64,000 bases of DNA from an uncultured Bacteroidales bacterium (GTDB taxonomy: Bacteria; Bacteroidota; Bacteroidia; Bacteroidales; VadinHA17), in the NCBI GenBank assembly GCA_963757935.1, contig CAVWSZ010000005.1:138342-202341 (forward strand). Direction: 5' to 3'. A program made the position numbers and the translations under genes. The notes beneath the pieces are model-generated. The model did no database searches. It was not told the origin of the DNA and saw only the letters and a program-made list of their open reading frames with translations. Of the stretch, positions 11,224 to 21,017 are shown piece by piece. Positions within the stretch are counted from its first letter, which is position 1. The number at the start of each line of letters is the position of its first letter.

Positions 11224-11367
11224 TTACCGCCCTGATTTCCAGCCGCATGACTTCTCCGTTACGGGGATATCCTTTACAGCCGACATTGTCCTTTCAGTCA
11301 GTGACTCAAAGTAGCCGTCAGGCACCCTGAACGGATTCTCTTTCTTTATTTCGTCTATTGACTTCAT
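11224..11367 (-). CDS. 47-aa ORF, probable N-terminal part of the same anti-sigma-like protein
   Basis: MKSIDEIKKENPFRVPDGYFESLTERTMSAVKDIPVTEK... begins 36 nt after the sigma gene stop. It is too short for the ORF track. Confidence 0.4.
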   Translation of the reverse strand: MKSIDEIKKENPFRVPDGYFESLTERTMSAVKDIPVTEKSCGWKSGR

Positions 11368-11402
11368 ACTTTCTTTGATGAATTTAACCCTCAGAGGTTT
11401 AA

Positions 11403-11945
11403 TTACTCAATTATAAATCTTTCAATTTTTTTTACAGCATGGTGATAGGAAGCCTTTAGTGCACCTACTGATGTGCCCAGAGCAAGGCTCATTTCCTCAT
11501 AACTCATATCGTCAAAGTACTTCATGTTGAATACTGTTCGCTGCTTTTCAGGCAGTTTCAGGATTGCATTCTGAAGTTTCAGGGTCACTTCATTGCCGTC
11601 AAAATAGGAATCGCCCTCCGTTGAGACAGAGATTATTGATTCTACATCGTCAAGTGAGACGCCGCTTGTCTTCTCTCTTTTTCTTATAAGCGTAAGAGCC
11701 TCATTGGTCGCAATTGAGTAGAGCCAGGTATAAAGAGAACTCTCACTCCGGAAACCTCCAAGACCTTTCCAGGCATTTATGAATGTGTTTTGCAGCGCAT
11801 CATCGGCATCAGCATGAATGATAACCAGGCGCCTGATATGCCAGTAGAGCTTCGAGCCGAATTTTTCGACGATCAGCCTGAAAGCCTTTTCGGGCTCACT
11901 CTTCAGCAGCAGTTTTATTTCATCTTCAGAGGCGTAAAGCTTCAC
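11403..11945 (-). CDS. ECF-type RNA polymerase sigma-70 factor
   Basis: 180 aa. Region 2: DADDALQNTFINAWKG...LYTWLYSIATNEAL. Region 4: LPEKQRTVFNMKYFDDMSYEEMSLALGTSVGALKASYHHAVKK. Confidence 0.9.
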   Translation of the reverse strand: MKLYASEDEIKLLLKSEPEKAFRLIVEKFGSKLYWHIRRLVIIHADADDALQNTFINAWKGLGGFRSESSLYTWLYSIATNEALTLIRKREKTSGVSLDDVESIISVSTEGDSYFDGNEVTLKLQNAILKLPEKQRTVFNMKYFDDMSYEEMSLALGTSVGALKASYHHAVKKIERFIIE

Positions 11946-12065
11946 CTTCAGATCAGTATTTGCAATTGAGACGTAAAAGCGGGGCTAAGGTTTAATCCGG
12001 ACATCAAAATTAGTAAAAAGAGATCATCACCCGCTGTCTGATTGATGCAGAGTGGCACTTTTTGG

Positions 12066-12073
12066 TACCTTTG
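12066..12073 (+). promoter_or_regulatory. Bacteroidota -7 promoter box for ychF
   Basis: TACCTTTG lies 27 nt upstream of the ATG at 12100. Confidence 0.45.
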
Positions 12074-12099
12074 TGGCATAACGGAAAAAATCAGGATCA

Positions 12100-13188
12100 A
12101 TGGCACTTAAATGCGGCATAATAGGAATTACAAGCGTCGGAAAGACAACAATCTTTAACTGTATCTCCAATTCGCGGGGCGAGACAGGCACTTTCGGGGC
12201 TGTTGCAAAAGCAAACCTTGGCATCATTCAGGTCCCTGATCCGCGTCTCCGTGAGCTGGAGAAGCACCAGGTCACCGAAAAGCTTGTGCCAACCACCGTC
12301 GAGATAGTCGATATCCCCGGGCTGGTCAGGGGCAAGGGCGACGGTTCCGGTAACAGGCTGCTTGGCGATATCCGCAATACCGATGCCCTGATACATGTGC
12401 TTCGCTGCTTTGATAATGACACCCTTCCGCATATAGACGGTTCAGTTGACCCGGTCAGGGATCTCGAAAACGTGGAGTTCGAGCTGCAGGTAAAAGATAT
12501 TGAGTCAGTTGAGAAAAAGCTGCAGCGTCTTGAAAGAGCTGCAAAAACCGGTGACAAGGAAGCAAAGCACGGGATTGAAGTGCTCAACCGTTACAAGGAA
12601 CATCTTGAAGGCTTCCGCAATGCGGTAACACTTGACGCGAAGCCCGAAGAGAGGAGATATACAGACGACATCTTCCTGCTGACAATGAAGCCTGTGCTGT
12701 ATGTATGCAATGTCGACGAGGGCTCTGCCGTCAGCGGAAACAAATACGTCGATGCGGTTACAGCATTTCTGAAGGAACGCGGGCAAACCCCTCTTGTAAT
12801 TGCAGGCGCGGTGGAAGCTGAGATTGCTACCCTGGCTGATGAAGCTGACAGGATGGAATTCCTGCAGGCGGCGGGACTGTCAGAACCGGGTGTGAACAAG
12901 CTTGTCAGGGCTGCCTATTCGATGCTGAACCTGCTCACGTTCTTTACCGTGGGGCCGAAGGAGATACGCGCATGGACAATCACTGACGGAATGACTGCCC
13001 CGCAGGCCGCGGGCGTCATTCACTCTGACCTCGAACGGGGCTTCATCAGGGCGGAGGTAATGAAATACGGTGACTTCATGAGGCTTGGCTCAGAACATGC
13101 CTGCAAGGAAGCAGGCAGGTTTATGATCGAGGGAAAGAGTTATGTTGTGGGTGACGGCGATATCCTTAATATCAGGTTTAACGTATAG
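12100..13188 (+). CDS. ychF: Redox-regulated ATPase YchF
   Basis: 362 aa with P-loop GIIGITSVGKTTIFN and a conserved TGS-like C-terminus RAWTI..G.TAPQAAGVIHSDLERGFIRAEV. Confidence 0.95.
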   Translation: MALKCGIIGITSVGKTTIFNCISNSRGETGTFGAVAKANLGIIQVPDPRLRELEKHQVTEKLVPTTVEIVDIPGLVRGKGDGSGNRLLGDIRNTDALIHVLRCFDNDTLPHIDGSVDPVRDLENVEFELQVKDIESVEKKLQRLERAAKTGDKEAKHGIEVLNRYKEHLEGFRNAVTLDAKPEERRYTDDIFLLTMKPVLYVCNVDEGSAVSGNKYVDAVTAFLKERGQTPLVIAGAVEAEIATLADEADRMEFLQAAGLSEPGVNKLVRAAYSMLNLLTFFTVGPKEIRAWTITDGMTAPQAAGVIHSDLERGFIRAEVMKYGDFMRLGSEHACKEAGRFMIEGKSYVVGDGDILNIRFNV

Positions 13189-14901
13189 TGCTGACTTTGA
13201 GTAACAAACTTCTGACAGCTGCCATCTTATTATTATTCCTGCGGATAAATGCGTCCGCTCAGGTGGCTGGTGATGATATACTGAAACTGGTGAGGAATTA
13301 CGGACAGGCTGAGGTAGTCATTGACTATCCCGGCTATGATGCCCTGTCACAGCTTGCCACTACAATATTCGGTGTCGTCATGCGACGGCAAGACTGCGGT
13401 TCTTTCTCTTTCCCCGCTTACTGCCCCTGTGTTTGTAAGGACAGGGATGCAGTATAAAATAATTATCCCTGAAAGCACCAAGAGCGTCCTTACGGCATCT
13501 TCCGCCGACGAAGCGATGCAGTGGCACTCATACCCCACGTGGAAACATTATGATACAATAATGCACAGGCTGGCTGACCGGTGGCCTGATGTCTGTGTCC
13601 TTGACACAATTGGCTTCAGTGTTCTCGGAAGGGCTATTCTTGCGCTCAGGATAACCGATAATCCTGCTTCAGACGAGGATGAACCGGCCGTTATGCTCAG
13701 TGCTTCCATCCACGGTGACGAACTGGGGGGATTCGTGCTTCTGATGCGACTGGCCGAACACCTGGCATCGGGAAGCAATGACGGCGCGCTCCTGCAGAGA
13801 CTGACATCAGGACTTGATATTTACATAAACCCGCTTTCAAATCCCGACGGGATGTACAGAAACGGTGACACAATCATAAATCCTGTGAGGACAAACGACA
13901 ACGGGTATGATATCAACCGCAACTTCCCTGACCCGGAGATTTCTTCGCCTCCTCCGCTCCAGCCCGAGACAGTCGCCATGATGTCTTATATGCGTGAAAA
14001 GCACTTCGTGCTGTCAGCAAACCTCCACGCAGGAGCTGAGGTTGTAAATTACCCGTGGGACAAATGGGCCAGGCTGCATGCCGACGATCTGTGGTTCAAT
14101 GAGGTGAGCAGGAGATATGCAGATACTGTTCATCTGAATGCTCTTCCCGGGTACCTTACATTCCTTGACAACGGTGTTACCCGCGGGTCAGTGTGGTACT
14201 TAATCAGGGGAGGACGCCAGGATTACATAACATATGAACTTGGCGGGAGGGAAGTGACAATGGAACTTGATGACACAAAACAGACTCCCGCAACAGAGCT
14301 TGAGTCACTCTGGAACTCTAACCACAGGTCACTTCTCCGTTATCTCGAAGAGGCGCTGTACGGCATCAGCGGTACTGTCACCGACGCTGAAACAGGACTG
14401 CCGGTCGCAGCAAAAATATTTGCAGCAGATCATGATGCTGACTCTTCCCACATTTATTCTGATACCCTTACCGGGAGATATTACAGATACCTCTCCCCGG
14501 GAATACATACCCTCACATTTACGTCACCTGGTTATGAACCATTTACGGCCCAAAATGTAAATGTCATATGGAATCAGCAAACAGAAATGAATGTTGAGCT
14601 CGCCCCTGCTGACACCCTGCCGGCACCTCCCTTGTCAGGCCTCCTGATTTACCCGGTGCCCACTTTAGGCCGGGTCATAATTATTCCTCCCGAAACTGTT
14701 TCAGGAAATGTAATTGTCAGTGTTACATCACTTAGCGGAACACTGGTTGCATCATTTCCAACCGTTTCAGAACCGGGAACCCCGATAATTGAGGATTTTG
14801 GCTTTCTGGGTGACGGTGTTTATATAGTTACTGTACAAAAATTACCGCTCGGGCCGGCAGTCAGGGGAAAACTGATTGTCAACAAATTCCTGTCGCGCTA
14901 A
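13188..14901 (+). pseudogene. M14 zinc carboxypeptidase with T9SS C-terminal sorting domain, frame-shifted near the N-terminus
   Basis: The signal peptide (LLTAAILLLFLRINASAQ) is in ORF 13188..13457. The catalytic body (HGDELGG, NPDG, YDINRNFP) and Por-type tail (LLIYPVPTLGRVII...) are in ORF 13321..14901, one frame over. The join is near 13359-13370. Confidence 0.75.
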
Positions 14902-14955
14902 GCCTGATGTTGATTTCTTTAGTGATCAGCCCTGTTTATTTAATGGCAAAACTGA

Positions 14956-14963
14956 TATTTTTG
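14956..14963 (+). promoter_or_regulatory. Bacteroidota -7 promoter box
   Basis: TATTTTTG lies 35 nt upstream of the ATG at 14998. Confidence 0.4.
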
Positions 14964-14997
14964 CGGCTTGGTTAATGTTCCTCATCAAAATCTGAAA

Positions 14998-16647
14998 ATG
15001 AAAAATACACTTATAATACTTGCCTCTCTCCTGATTTCACTTAATCTCACCGGCCAGTCGGCTTACATCCCGCCTGACAAACCCAGGCTGGTCATCGGAA
15101 TTATTGTTGAGCAGCTCCGGTATGATCAGCTCGAACGGTTGCGCGACATACTCCCCGAGAACGGGATCAAACGCCTGATAAACGAGGGGACTTATTACCG
15201 TAATGCATCCTATGATTACCTGCTTACCCAGGCTGGCCCGGGGTATGCAACAGTCTCTACCGGAACCTCTCCGGCATTTCACGGCATCACTTCTGACAGC
15301 TGGTATCATCCTTTCAATGATCAGATGATATACTGCGTACAGGATCCCAAAGTCAGCCCTGTAGGCGGAAGCTTTGAAACGGGACTGTTTTCACCGGTGA
15401 ACCTGCTCTCTTCAACGTTCGCCGATGAGCTTCAGATGGCCTCATGCGGGGCTGCAAAGGTATACGGAATAGGTATCCGCGAGATGGGAGCCATCATCAC
15501 TGCAGGACACGCAGCGGATGGTGCTTTCTGGTATGACGACAGGACCGGCACCTGGATGAGCAGCACCTATTATATAAATGACCTTCCGTCGTGGCTGAAG
15601 GACCTCAATGCGCTTACGATGCCCGGACAATATCTCAACCAGCCATGGACACCGCTGATGGATCCTCTCCGGTATCCCGGATGCCAGATAGACTCGAGCG
15701 GCAAGGAACGCGGATTCAACGGACGTACATGGTTCCCTTACGATCTCAAAACAATGTCCACGGAAGGGAAGCTCCTGAATGTAAAACGTAATCTGGCCCT
15801 GCTCAGGGAGACACCTTTTTCCGATGATTTCACAACTGAACTCGCAATGAGGCTGATCACCGGCGAGCAGCTCGGACAGGATGACATCACCGATTTCCTT
15901 GCAATTAACTATACTGCAACCGACTATATAGGGCACCGCTTCGGTCCCTCCTCAGTCGAAACCGCCGACGCCATCGTGCGTCTTGACAAGAATATAGGAC
16001 TTCTACTGGATATGATAGACAAGAATCTCGGCAAGAAGAACGTCCTGGTCTACTTCGTTTCGGCGCACGGTGTATCAGAGATACCGTCGGTGCTTGAAGC
16101 CAGCCGGATACCCTCGGGATATTTCAAGGTTAACCAGTCGCTGCAGCTCCTGAGAAGCTACCTTAATGCAATATACGGTCAGGGTGACTGGGTGAAAGGA
16201 TTTTATGACAACCAGATTTTCCTGAACAGGGCCCTGATAGAGGATGCCGATGTCAGTCTTGAGGATATACAGAAAAAAGTTGCAAGGTTCATGGTTCAGT
16301 TTTCGGGCATTGCATCAGCTGTTCCATGCTCTTCTTTCGAAATGAGTGATTTTACAGGCGGTATACTGCTCAAAATGAGTAACAGCTACACCTCCCAGAG
16401 GTCCGGCGACGTGATGATCTCACTTAATCCGGGATGGATCGAGAAAAACGACAATGCAACGGGTCATAACTCACCTTATGAATATGACAGCCATGTGCCC
16501 CTCATCTGGTACGGCTGGACAGCCAGCAGGGCATCGGTTACCAGGAATATCAGTATCCGGGATATTGCCGTGACGCTTTCCGTCCTTTGTAAAGTGCCGC
16601 TGCCGAACGCCGCCACCGGCGAACCGCTGCAGGAGCTCTTCAGGTAA
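14998..16647 (+). CDS. Alkaline phosphatase-superfamily protein (nucleotide pyrophosphatase/phosphodiesterase type)
   Basis: The start at 14998 gives signal MKNTLIILASLLISLNLTGQ. Motifs: VIGIIVEQLRYD, INYTATDYIGHRFGP, SAHG, GHNSPYEYDSHVPL. Confidence 0.78.
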   Translation: MKNTLIILASLLISLNLTGQSAYIPPDKPRLVIGIIVEQLRYDQLERLRDILPENGIKRLINEGTYYRNASYDYLLTQAGPGYATVSTGTSPAFHGITSDSWYHPFNDQMIYCVQDPKVSPVGGSFETGLFSPVNLLSSTFADELQMASCGAAKVYGIGIREMGAIITAGHAADGAFWYDDRTGTWMSSTYYINDLPSWLKDLNALTMPGQYLNQPWTPLMDPLRYPGCQIDSSGKERGFNGRTWFPYDLKTMSTEGKLLNVKRNLALLRETPFSDDFTTELAMRLITGEQLGQDDITDFLAINYTATDYIGHRFGPSSVETADAIVRLDKNIGLLLDMIDKNLGKKNVLVYFVSAHGVSEIPSVLEASRIPSGYFKVNQSLQLLRSYLNAIYGQGDWVKGFYDNQIFLNRALIEDADVSLEDIQKKVARFMVQFSGIASAVPCSSFEMSDFTGGILLKMSNSYTSQRSGDVMISLNPGWIEKNDNATGHNSPYEYDSHVPLIWYGWTASRASVTRNISIRDIAVTLSVLCKVPLPNAATGEPLQELFR

Positions 16648-16670
16648 TACAGCCGTTTAAGGTTTATATT

Positions 16671-17411
16671 TCAGGTGGTTATGATCTTTTTGTTATAACC
16701 GTCCCTGATTCTGCAGGCTTCAACAATAAGGCCGGGATCTTTCTCGCAACCGTTTCCGATCACCACCAGATCAGCTCCGGCTGAAAATGCTGCATCGATC
16801 TTTTCAGGTGTGTTCAGACCCCCGCCGGTTATAACGGGAACGGATACTTCCTCCCTGACAGCCCTGATCATCGAAGGGCTTACAGGCCTCGACGCACCGC
16901 TTCCTCCCTCAAGGTATACAGCCTTCATGCCCAGCATCTCACCGGCCAGAGCTGTTGCAACTGCGATGTCATTCTTGTCCCATGGGATTGGCGATGTCTG
17001 ACTCATATACCCTACAGAAGTGCCTCCTCCGCAGTCGATTAGCATGTATCCCACGGGTATCAGTCTCTCACGTATGTGTTTGAGGAAGGGCGCTGCCACC
17101 ACATGGTTACCGATAAGCAACTCAGGGTTGCGCCCGCTTATGAGTGACAGCAGGAATACTGCATCAGCAGCATCAGTGAGCTGCATCAGATTTCCCGGAA
17201 ACAGGATCACGGGAATGCCTGACAGCTTCCTGAGCTTTTCTATCATCGTATTTATGGGTCTTGACGTAAGGCTCCCACCGGCCAGGATAAAGTCGACGCC
17301 GGCCCTTTCAGCATTACCGGCAATTACAGAAAGTGATTCATCACTGTATTTGTCCGGATCTATCAGCTGCCCGACTCTCTTTCTTCTGCCGTCAAGGATG
17401 CTGCTATTCAT
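16671..17411 (-). CDS. Geranylgeranylglyceryl / heptaprenylglyceryl phosphate synthase (GGGPS/PcrB family)
   Basis: The start at 17411 (MNSSILDG) overlaps the upstream stop by 8 nt. TIM-barrel motifs: DPDK, GVDFILAGGS, ILFPGN, YLEGGSGA, VITGGGL, GADLVVIGN. Confidence 0.83.
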   Translation of the reverse strand: MNSSILDGRRKRVGQLIDPDKYSDESLSVIAGNAERAGVDFILAGGSLTSRPINTMIEKLRKLSGIPVILFPGNLMQLTDAADAVFLLSLISGRNPELLIGNHVVAAPFLKHIRERLIPVGYMLIDCGGGTSVGYMSQTSPIPWDKNDIAVATALAGEMLGMKAVYLEGGSGASRPVSPSMIRAVREEVSVPVITGGGLNTPEKIDAAFSAGADLVVIGNGCEKDPGLIVEACRIRDGYNKKIITT

Positions 17412-18045
17412 GCTTTTTCTTGGTCCAGACAATTGTGTAGTTGTCATATTTGGAATAGAAGAGGGTGAACCGGTCGTCTATGCGTTCATTCTTCACAGAT
17501 CCCGTTATCTCACCTGATTCCCTGATTTCAAAGGGATCAATTGTGATATCCTTTACAATGTTAATACCCTCCTTGTCACAGATCTTATAAATAGCCTCTT
17601 TGGCGCACCATATAATATAAAGGTTATAGGTGCGAAGGTTCCGGTTGCGGGTGATCTTCTCCTTTTTGTTCAGGAACTTGAACGCCACTGTCGAGATGTT
17701 CGAGCGCATAAATTCGAGGTCTATGCCCACCCTTTCACTCTTGCTGATAAGTAATGCGGTGAGTTTGTTCGAATGCGTGATACTTATGAAATGTGATCCG
17801 TCCCTGATGAATGGTTTGTTGTTCTTGTTGTATACTATTTTAGCTTCTTTTCCCAGCAGTTCGGCCAGCAGGGCTCTTACACTGAGGAATTCTGTCTTTC
17901 TGGATGTGCTTCGGAAAACATCATATCTCTTCCTGTCTTCCGCGTTCAGCTCAACCAGTTCGAGCAGTGCCGGCAGGTCCTCTTCGATCTTCCAGGCTCC
18001 CAGTACGGTATCCTTGTTCAGGTAGTGTTTGGTGATACAGCCCAT
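17404..18045 (-). CDS. Sfp-type 4'-phosphopantetheinyl transferase
   Basis: 213 aa with SRKTEFLSVRALLAELLG, ISITHSN..., GIDLEFM and WCAKEAIYK. Confidence 0.78.
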   Translation of the reverse strand: MGCITKHYLNKDTVLGAWKIEEDLPALLELVELNAEDRKRYDVFRSTSRKTEFLSVRALLAELLGKEAKIVYNKNNKPFIRDGSHFISITHSNKLTALLISKSERVGIDLEFMRSNISTVAFKFLNKKEKITRNRNLRTYNLYIIWCAKEAIYKICDKEGINIVKDITIDPFEIRESGEITGSVKNERIDDRFTLFYSKYDNYTIVWTKKKHE

Positions 18046-18047
18046 GG

Positions 18048-18620
18048 TTACCGCCAGGTAAGTGTTTCAATCATCCGGATAATATCTTCCCGCAGAAAAG
18101 TGATGACAGGCAGAAGGGAGTCCTCGTTGGGTTGTGCGGTAAAGTAGAGTGAGCCGCGAAGGTAATGGCGTGTGCTGTCAGTCATGTAAAACTGAACCGC
18201 AGAGGCAGTATTGCCCTTAAGGTCATAAAGGATGCCGTAGACACGGGCTGAGTCGTTTGACCAGACCTTCTCGTCTATAGCATCAGCCTTGACGGTGTGC
18301 TTGTATGCCAGCTCGCGTGCCGACTCCGTCAGAGAAGCGAGATTGCCGGCAACAGTGAAATAGGTAAGATGTATTTTGGCTCTGAAAGTGGGGAATTCAA
18401 TGTCCATCCAGCAGGTATCGCTGGTCTGACCCGGTCTCGGATTGACTTTTCCGTAAACAGGATACTCTAAGGAATAGGAACAGGGTGCATCATAACGGGC
18501 ATATTGTTTTTCCGGAAGGTCAATCCTGAAATAGCCTGCCGGCCTTGGTACAGCCGGACTGCCGCAGCCTGACAGCAGTAATGCAGCGGCGCATACAAAA
18601 GGAGCCCATGCCGTTCTCAT
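18048..18620 (-). CDS. gldD: Gliding motility lipoprotein GldD
   Basis: Lipobox LLLSGC, then PRPAGYFRIDLPEKQY. It sits directly downstream of gldE, as in Flavobacterium johnsoniae. Confidence 0.78.
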   Translation of the reverse strand: MRTAWAPFVCAAALLLSGCGSPAVPRPAGYFRIDLPEKQYARYDAPCSYSLEYPVYGKVNPRPGQTSDTCWMDIEFPTFRAKIHLTYFTVAGNLASLTESARELAYKHTVKADAIDEKVWSNDSARVYGILYDLKGNTASAVQFYMTDSTRHYLRGSLYFTAQPNEDSLLPVITFLREDIIRMIETLTWR

Positions 18621-19945
18621 GCAGAGCCCCCCTTCTTGACCACACGGATTTCGCGGATGCGCCTCTTCTCAACTGACTCGATTGTGAAATTGAAATCACC
18701 CAGGGTAATGACTCTTCCTTTCTGAGGTATTTCACCGAGCAACTCAAGCAGCAGACCGGCAAGAGTCTCAGACTCACCGATAAAGTCATCGAACGGATCT
18801 TCATCAGTGTCTGTGATCTTGTAAAAGTCGTTTATCAGGATTTTCCCGTCAAAGATCCAGGCACCGTCGGCAGTTTTTCTGTAGAGTGGAAGATCCTCAT
18901 CCGTTTCATCAGTGATTTCTCCCACGATTTCTTCAAGTATATCCTCGAGAGTCACTATGCCGCTTGTGCCCCCGTATTCATCAACCACGATTGCAATATG
19001 GATCTTTTTTGCCTGGAACTCCTTCAGCAGGTCATTTATCTTTTTCGTTTCAGGAACCACATACGGGGGTCTGATGAGCGACTGCCATTTGAATGAATCG
19101 GGTTTCTCAAGGTGGGGAAGGAGGTCCTTGACGAAGAGAACACCTTTTACATTGTCAAATGATCCTGAATGAACAGGAATCCTTGAAAACCCTGATTCCA
19201 CGACCTTGGGCAGGATTGTCTTGAACCCTTCACGTAAATCAAGTGCGAAGACGTCTATCCTGGGGCACATGATGCCACTGACGCTGATGTTACCGAATCT
19301 GACGATTCCCTTGAGAATCTCTTCGTCATCCTTAATACCGACCGAGGTAAGGTCGAGGGCATCGGACAGGTCGTCAATGCTTATGTTTTTCTGTCTCAGC
19401 ACTGTTCTCTTCCTGACAAAGACAGATGACAGCATCAGGAGTGAGGCCAGAGGCCTGAAGATACTGACGCACAGTGTCAGTGCCGGCGCCATAATTAAGG
19501 AAAATCTGAGCTGGTTGCGTGAGGCATATACCTTGGGCATAATCTCCCCGAAGAGGAGCAGGATGAAGGTTATGACAACAGCCTCAATGATGAATCCAAG
19601 CACCGGACTGTCAGAAAAGTCGAATAGCTGTGAACTTATGAAGGCAGCAAGTATAATTATTGCAATGTTGACAGTATTGTTTGTGACCAGAATGGTGCTG
19701 AGCAGCCTTTCGGGCCTTGAGAGCAGCTTCAGTGCAAGTGCCGGGCGTTTGCCCTTCTTTTCCCTGAGGCTGTCAAGATCTGAAGGCGACAGGGAAAAAT
19801 ATGCAACCTCGGAACCGGAGATGAAAGCGGAAGAGAACAGCAGGAGCAGCAGGATGACAAATTCAGCAATCACACTGATATCGGAGACCGCAATGGCTGA
19901 CATCAGAAAGATACCTGTCTGTAGAACTGGCAGAATTGTCTCCAA
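18617..19945 (-). CDS. gldE: Gliding motility-associated protein GldE (DUF21 + CBS pair + CorC/HlyC)
   Basis: 442 aa with an N-terminal 4-TM DUF21 region, a CBS pair and a CorC_HlyC tail. There is a 4-nt overlap with gldD, and ssb is upstream. Confidence 0.83.
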   Translation of the reverse strand: METILPVLQTGIFLMSAIAVSDISVIAEFVILLLLLFSSAFISGSEVAYFSLSPSDLDSLREKKGKRPALALKLLSRPERLLSTILVTNNTVNIAIIILAAFISSQLFDFSDSPVLGFIIEAVVITFILLLFGEIMPKVYASRNQLRFSLIMAPALTLCVSIFRPLASLLMLSSVFVRKRTVLRQKNISIDDLSDALDLTSVGIKDDEEILKGIVRFGNISVSGIMCPRIDVFALDLREGFKTILPKVVESGFSRIPVHSGSFDNVKGVLFVKDLLPHLEKPDSFKWQSLIRPPYVVPETKKINDLLKEFQAKKIHIAIVVDEYGGTSGIVTLEDILEEIVGEITDETDEDLPLYRKTADGAWIFDGKILINDFYKITDTDEDPFDDFIGESETLAGLLLELLGEIPQKGRVITLGDFNFTIESVEKRRIREIRVVKKGGSA

Positions 19946-19964
19946 TGGACCGGAATTAATTTAA

Positions 19965-20438
19965 CTAAAAAGGGAGGTCGTCAACTCCCTCACGGGCAGA
20001 AAGATCCTCACCCTGGTTGGGGTCTGGCATGGCCGTATTCTGGGGTGCGGTATAACCGCCTGTATTGTTCTGCGCCGGCTGGCTGCCTGTCGGCTGATTC
20101 CCGGTACCGTCGGACTTACGGCCGAGAAGCTGTATTGCCTCCGCTTCAACTTCAACAATATATCGCTTGTTGCCATCCTTGTCATCATAGGAGCGGTAGC
20201 GAAGCTTTCCCTCGATAAGAATCTGCGATCCTTTGCGGATATAATTCTCTGAAAGTTCAGCAAGCCTTCTCCAGGCGACAATGTTATGCCATTCGGTCTG
20301 AGTGACCTTGTCTCCTCCCTTGGGAGTGTATGTTTCACTGGTGGCAAGTGAAAATGAAGCTTTGATATTATTTTCGAATCGTCTGATCTCTGGGTCTTTG
20401 CCCACATTTCCGACCAGTATTACTTTATTGAATGACAT
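19965..20438 (-). CDS. ssb: Single-stranded DNA-binding protein
   Basis: MSFNKVILVGNVGKDPE..., TEWHNIVAWRRLAE, a Gly/Gln/Pro-rich linker and the acidic tail DDLPF. Confidence 0.95.
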   Translation of the reverse strand: MSFNKVILVGNVGKDPEIRRFENNIKASFSLATSETYTPKGGDKVTQTEWHNIVAWRRLAELSENYIRKGSQILIEGKLRYRSYDDKDGNKRYIVEVEAEAIQLLGRKSDGTGNQPTGSQPAQNNTGGYTAPQNTAMPDPNQGEDLSAREGVDDLPF

Positions 20439-20661
20439 AATATGTTGTTTTTGCTGTTATGTGCCGGATGTAAAGTTATAAAAAAAACCGTTGAAAGGGG
20501 ATAAGGACTTATTCACAGAACCTGAAGGTCAAAGCACAGAAAGGGACATAATCATAACTTTTACGGGCTCTAATTGTACCTGAAATTTTATAGTTATCAA
20601 AAAATCAGCTTATTCGGAGTTAAAAAAATATATTGTCACCCATATTTGAGAAATAATATTT

Positions 20662-20669
20662 TATATTTG
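20662..20669 (+). promoter_or_regulatory. Bacteroidota -7 promoter box for the HU operon
   Basis: TATATTTG sits in an AT-rich region 56 nt upstream of the ATG at 20725. Confidence 0.4.
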
Positions 20670-20724
20670 CACCATTGAAAAAACAGAATACAAAATAATT
20701 TGTTGAATTTAAAATTCATGCAAA

Positions 20725-21012
20725 ATGACAAAAGCAGACATCGTTAATGAAATTGCCAAGAACACTGGAATTGAAAAAGTAACAGTACAGAAAACTGTTG
20801 AGGCTTTTATGGAATCGGTAAAAGACTCAATGGTAACCGGAAATAATGTATACCTCAGGGGTTTCGGCAGTTTCATAGTTAAGAAACGCGCTAAGAAAAC
20901 AGCCAGGAACATTTCAAAGAATACAACTATCATTATTCCTGCCCATAACATTCCGGCATTCAAACCTGCCAAAACATTCATTACAAAAGTTAAATCACAC
21001 GCTAAGAAATAA
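20725..21012 (+). CDS. HU-family DNA-binding protein
   Basis: 95 aa: MTKADIVNEIAKNTGIEKVTVQKTVEAFMESVKDSM...VYLRGFGSF..K.RA.K.ARN. Confidence 0.9.
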   Translation: MTKADIVNEIAKNTGIEKVTVQKTVEAFMESVKDSMVTGNNVYLRGFGSFIVKKRAKKTARNISKNTTIIIPAHNIPAFKPAKTFITKVKSHAKK

Positions 21013-21017
21013 GTAAC

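Noticed and set aside
19206-19964. 252-aa plus-strand ORF
   Set aside because: It is antisense to gldE, Ser-rich and low in complexity, with no start context. gldE on the minus strand has a clear domain structure.
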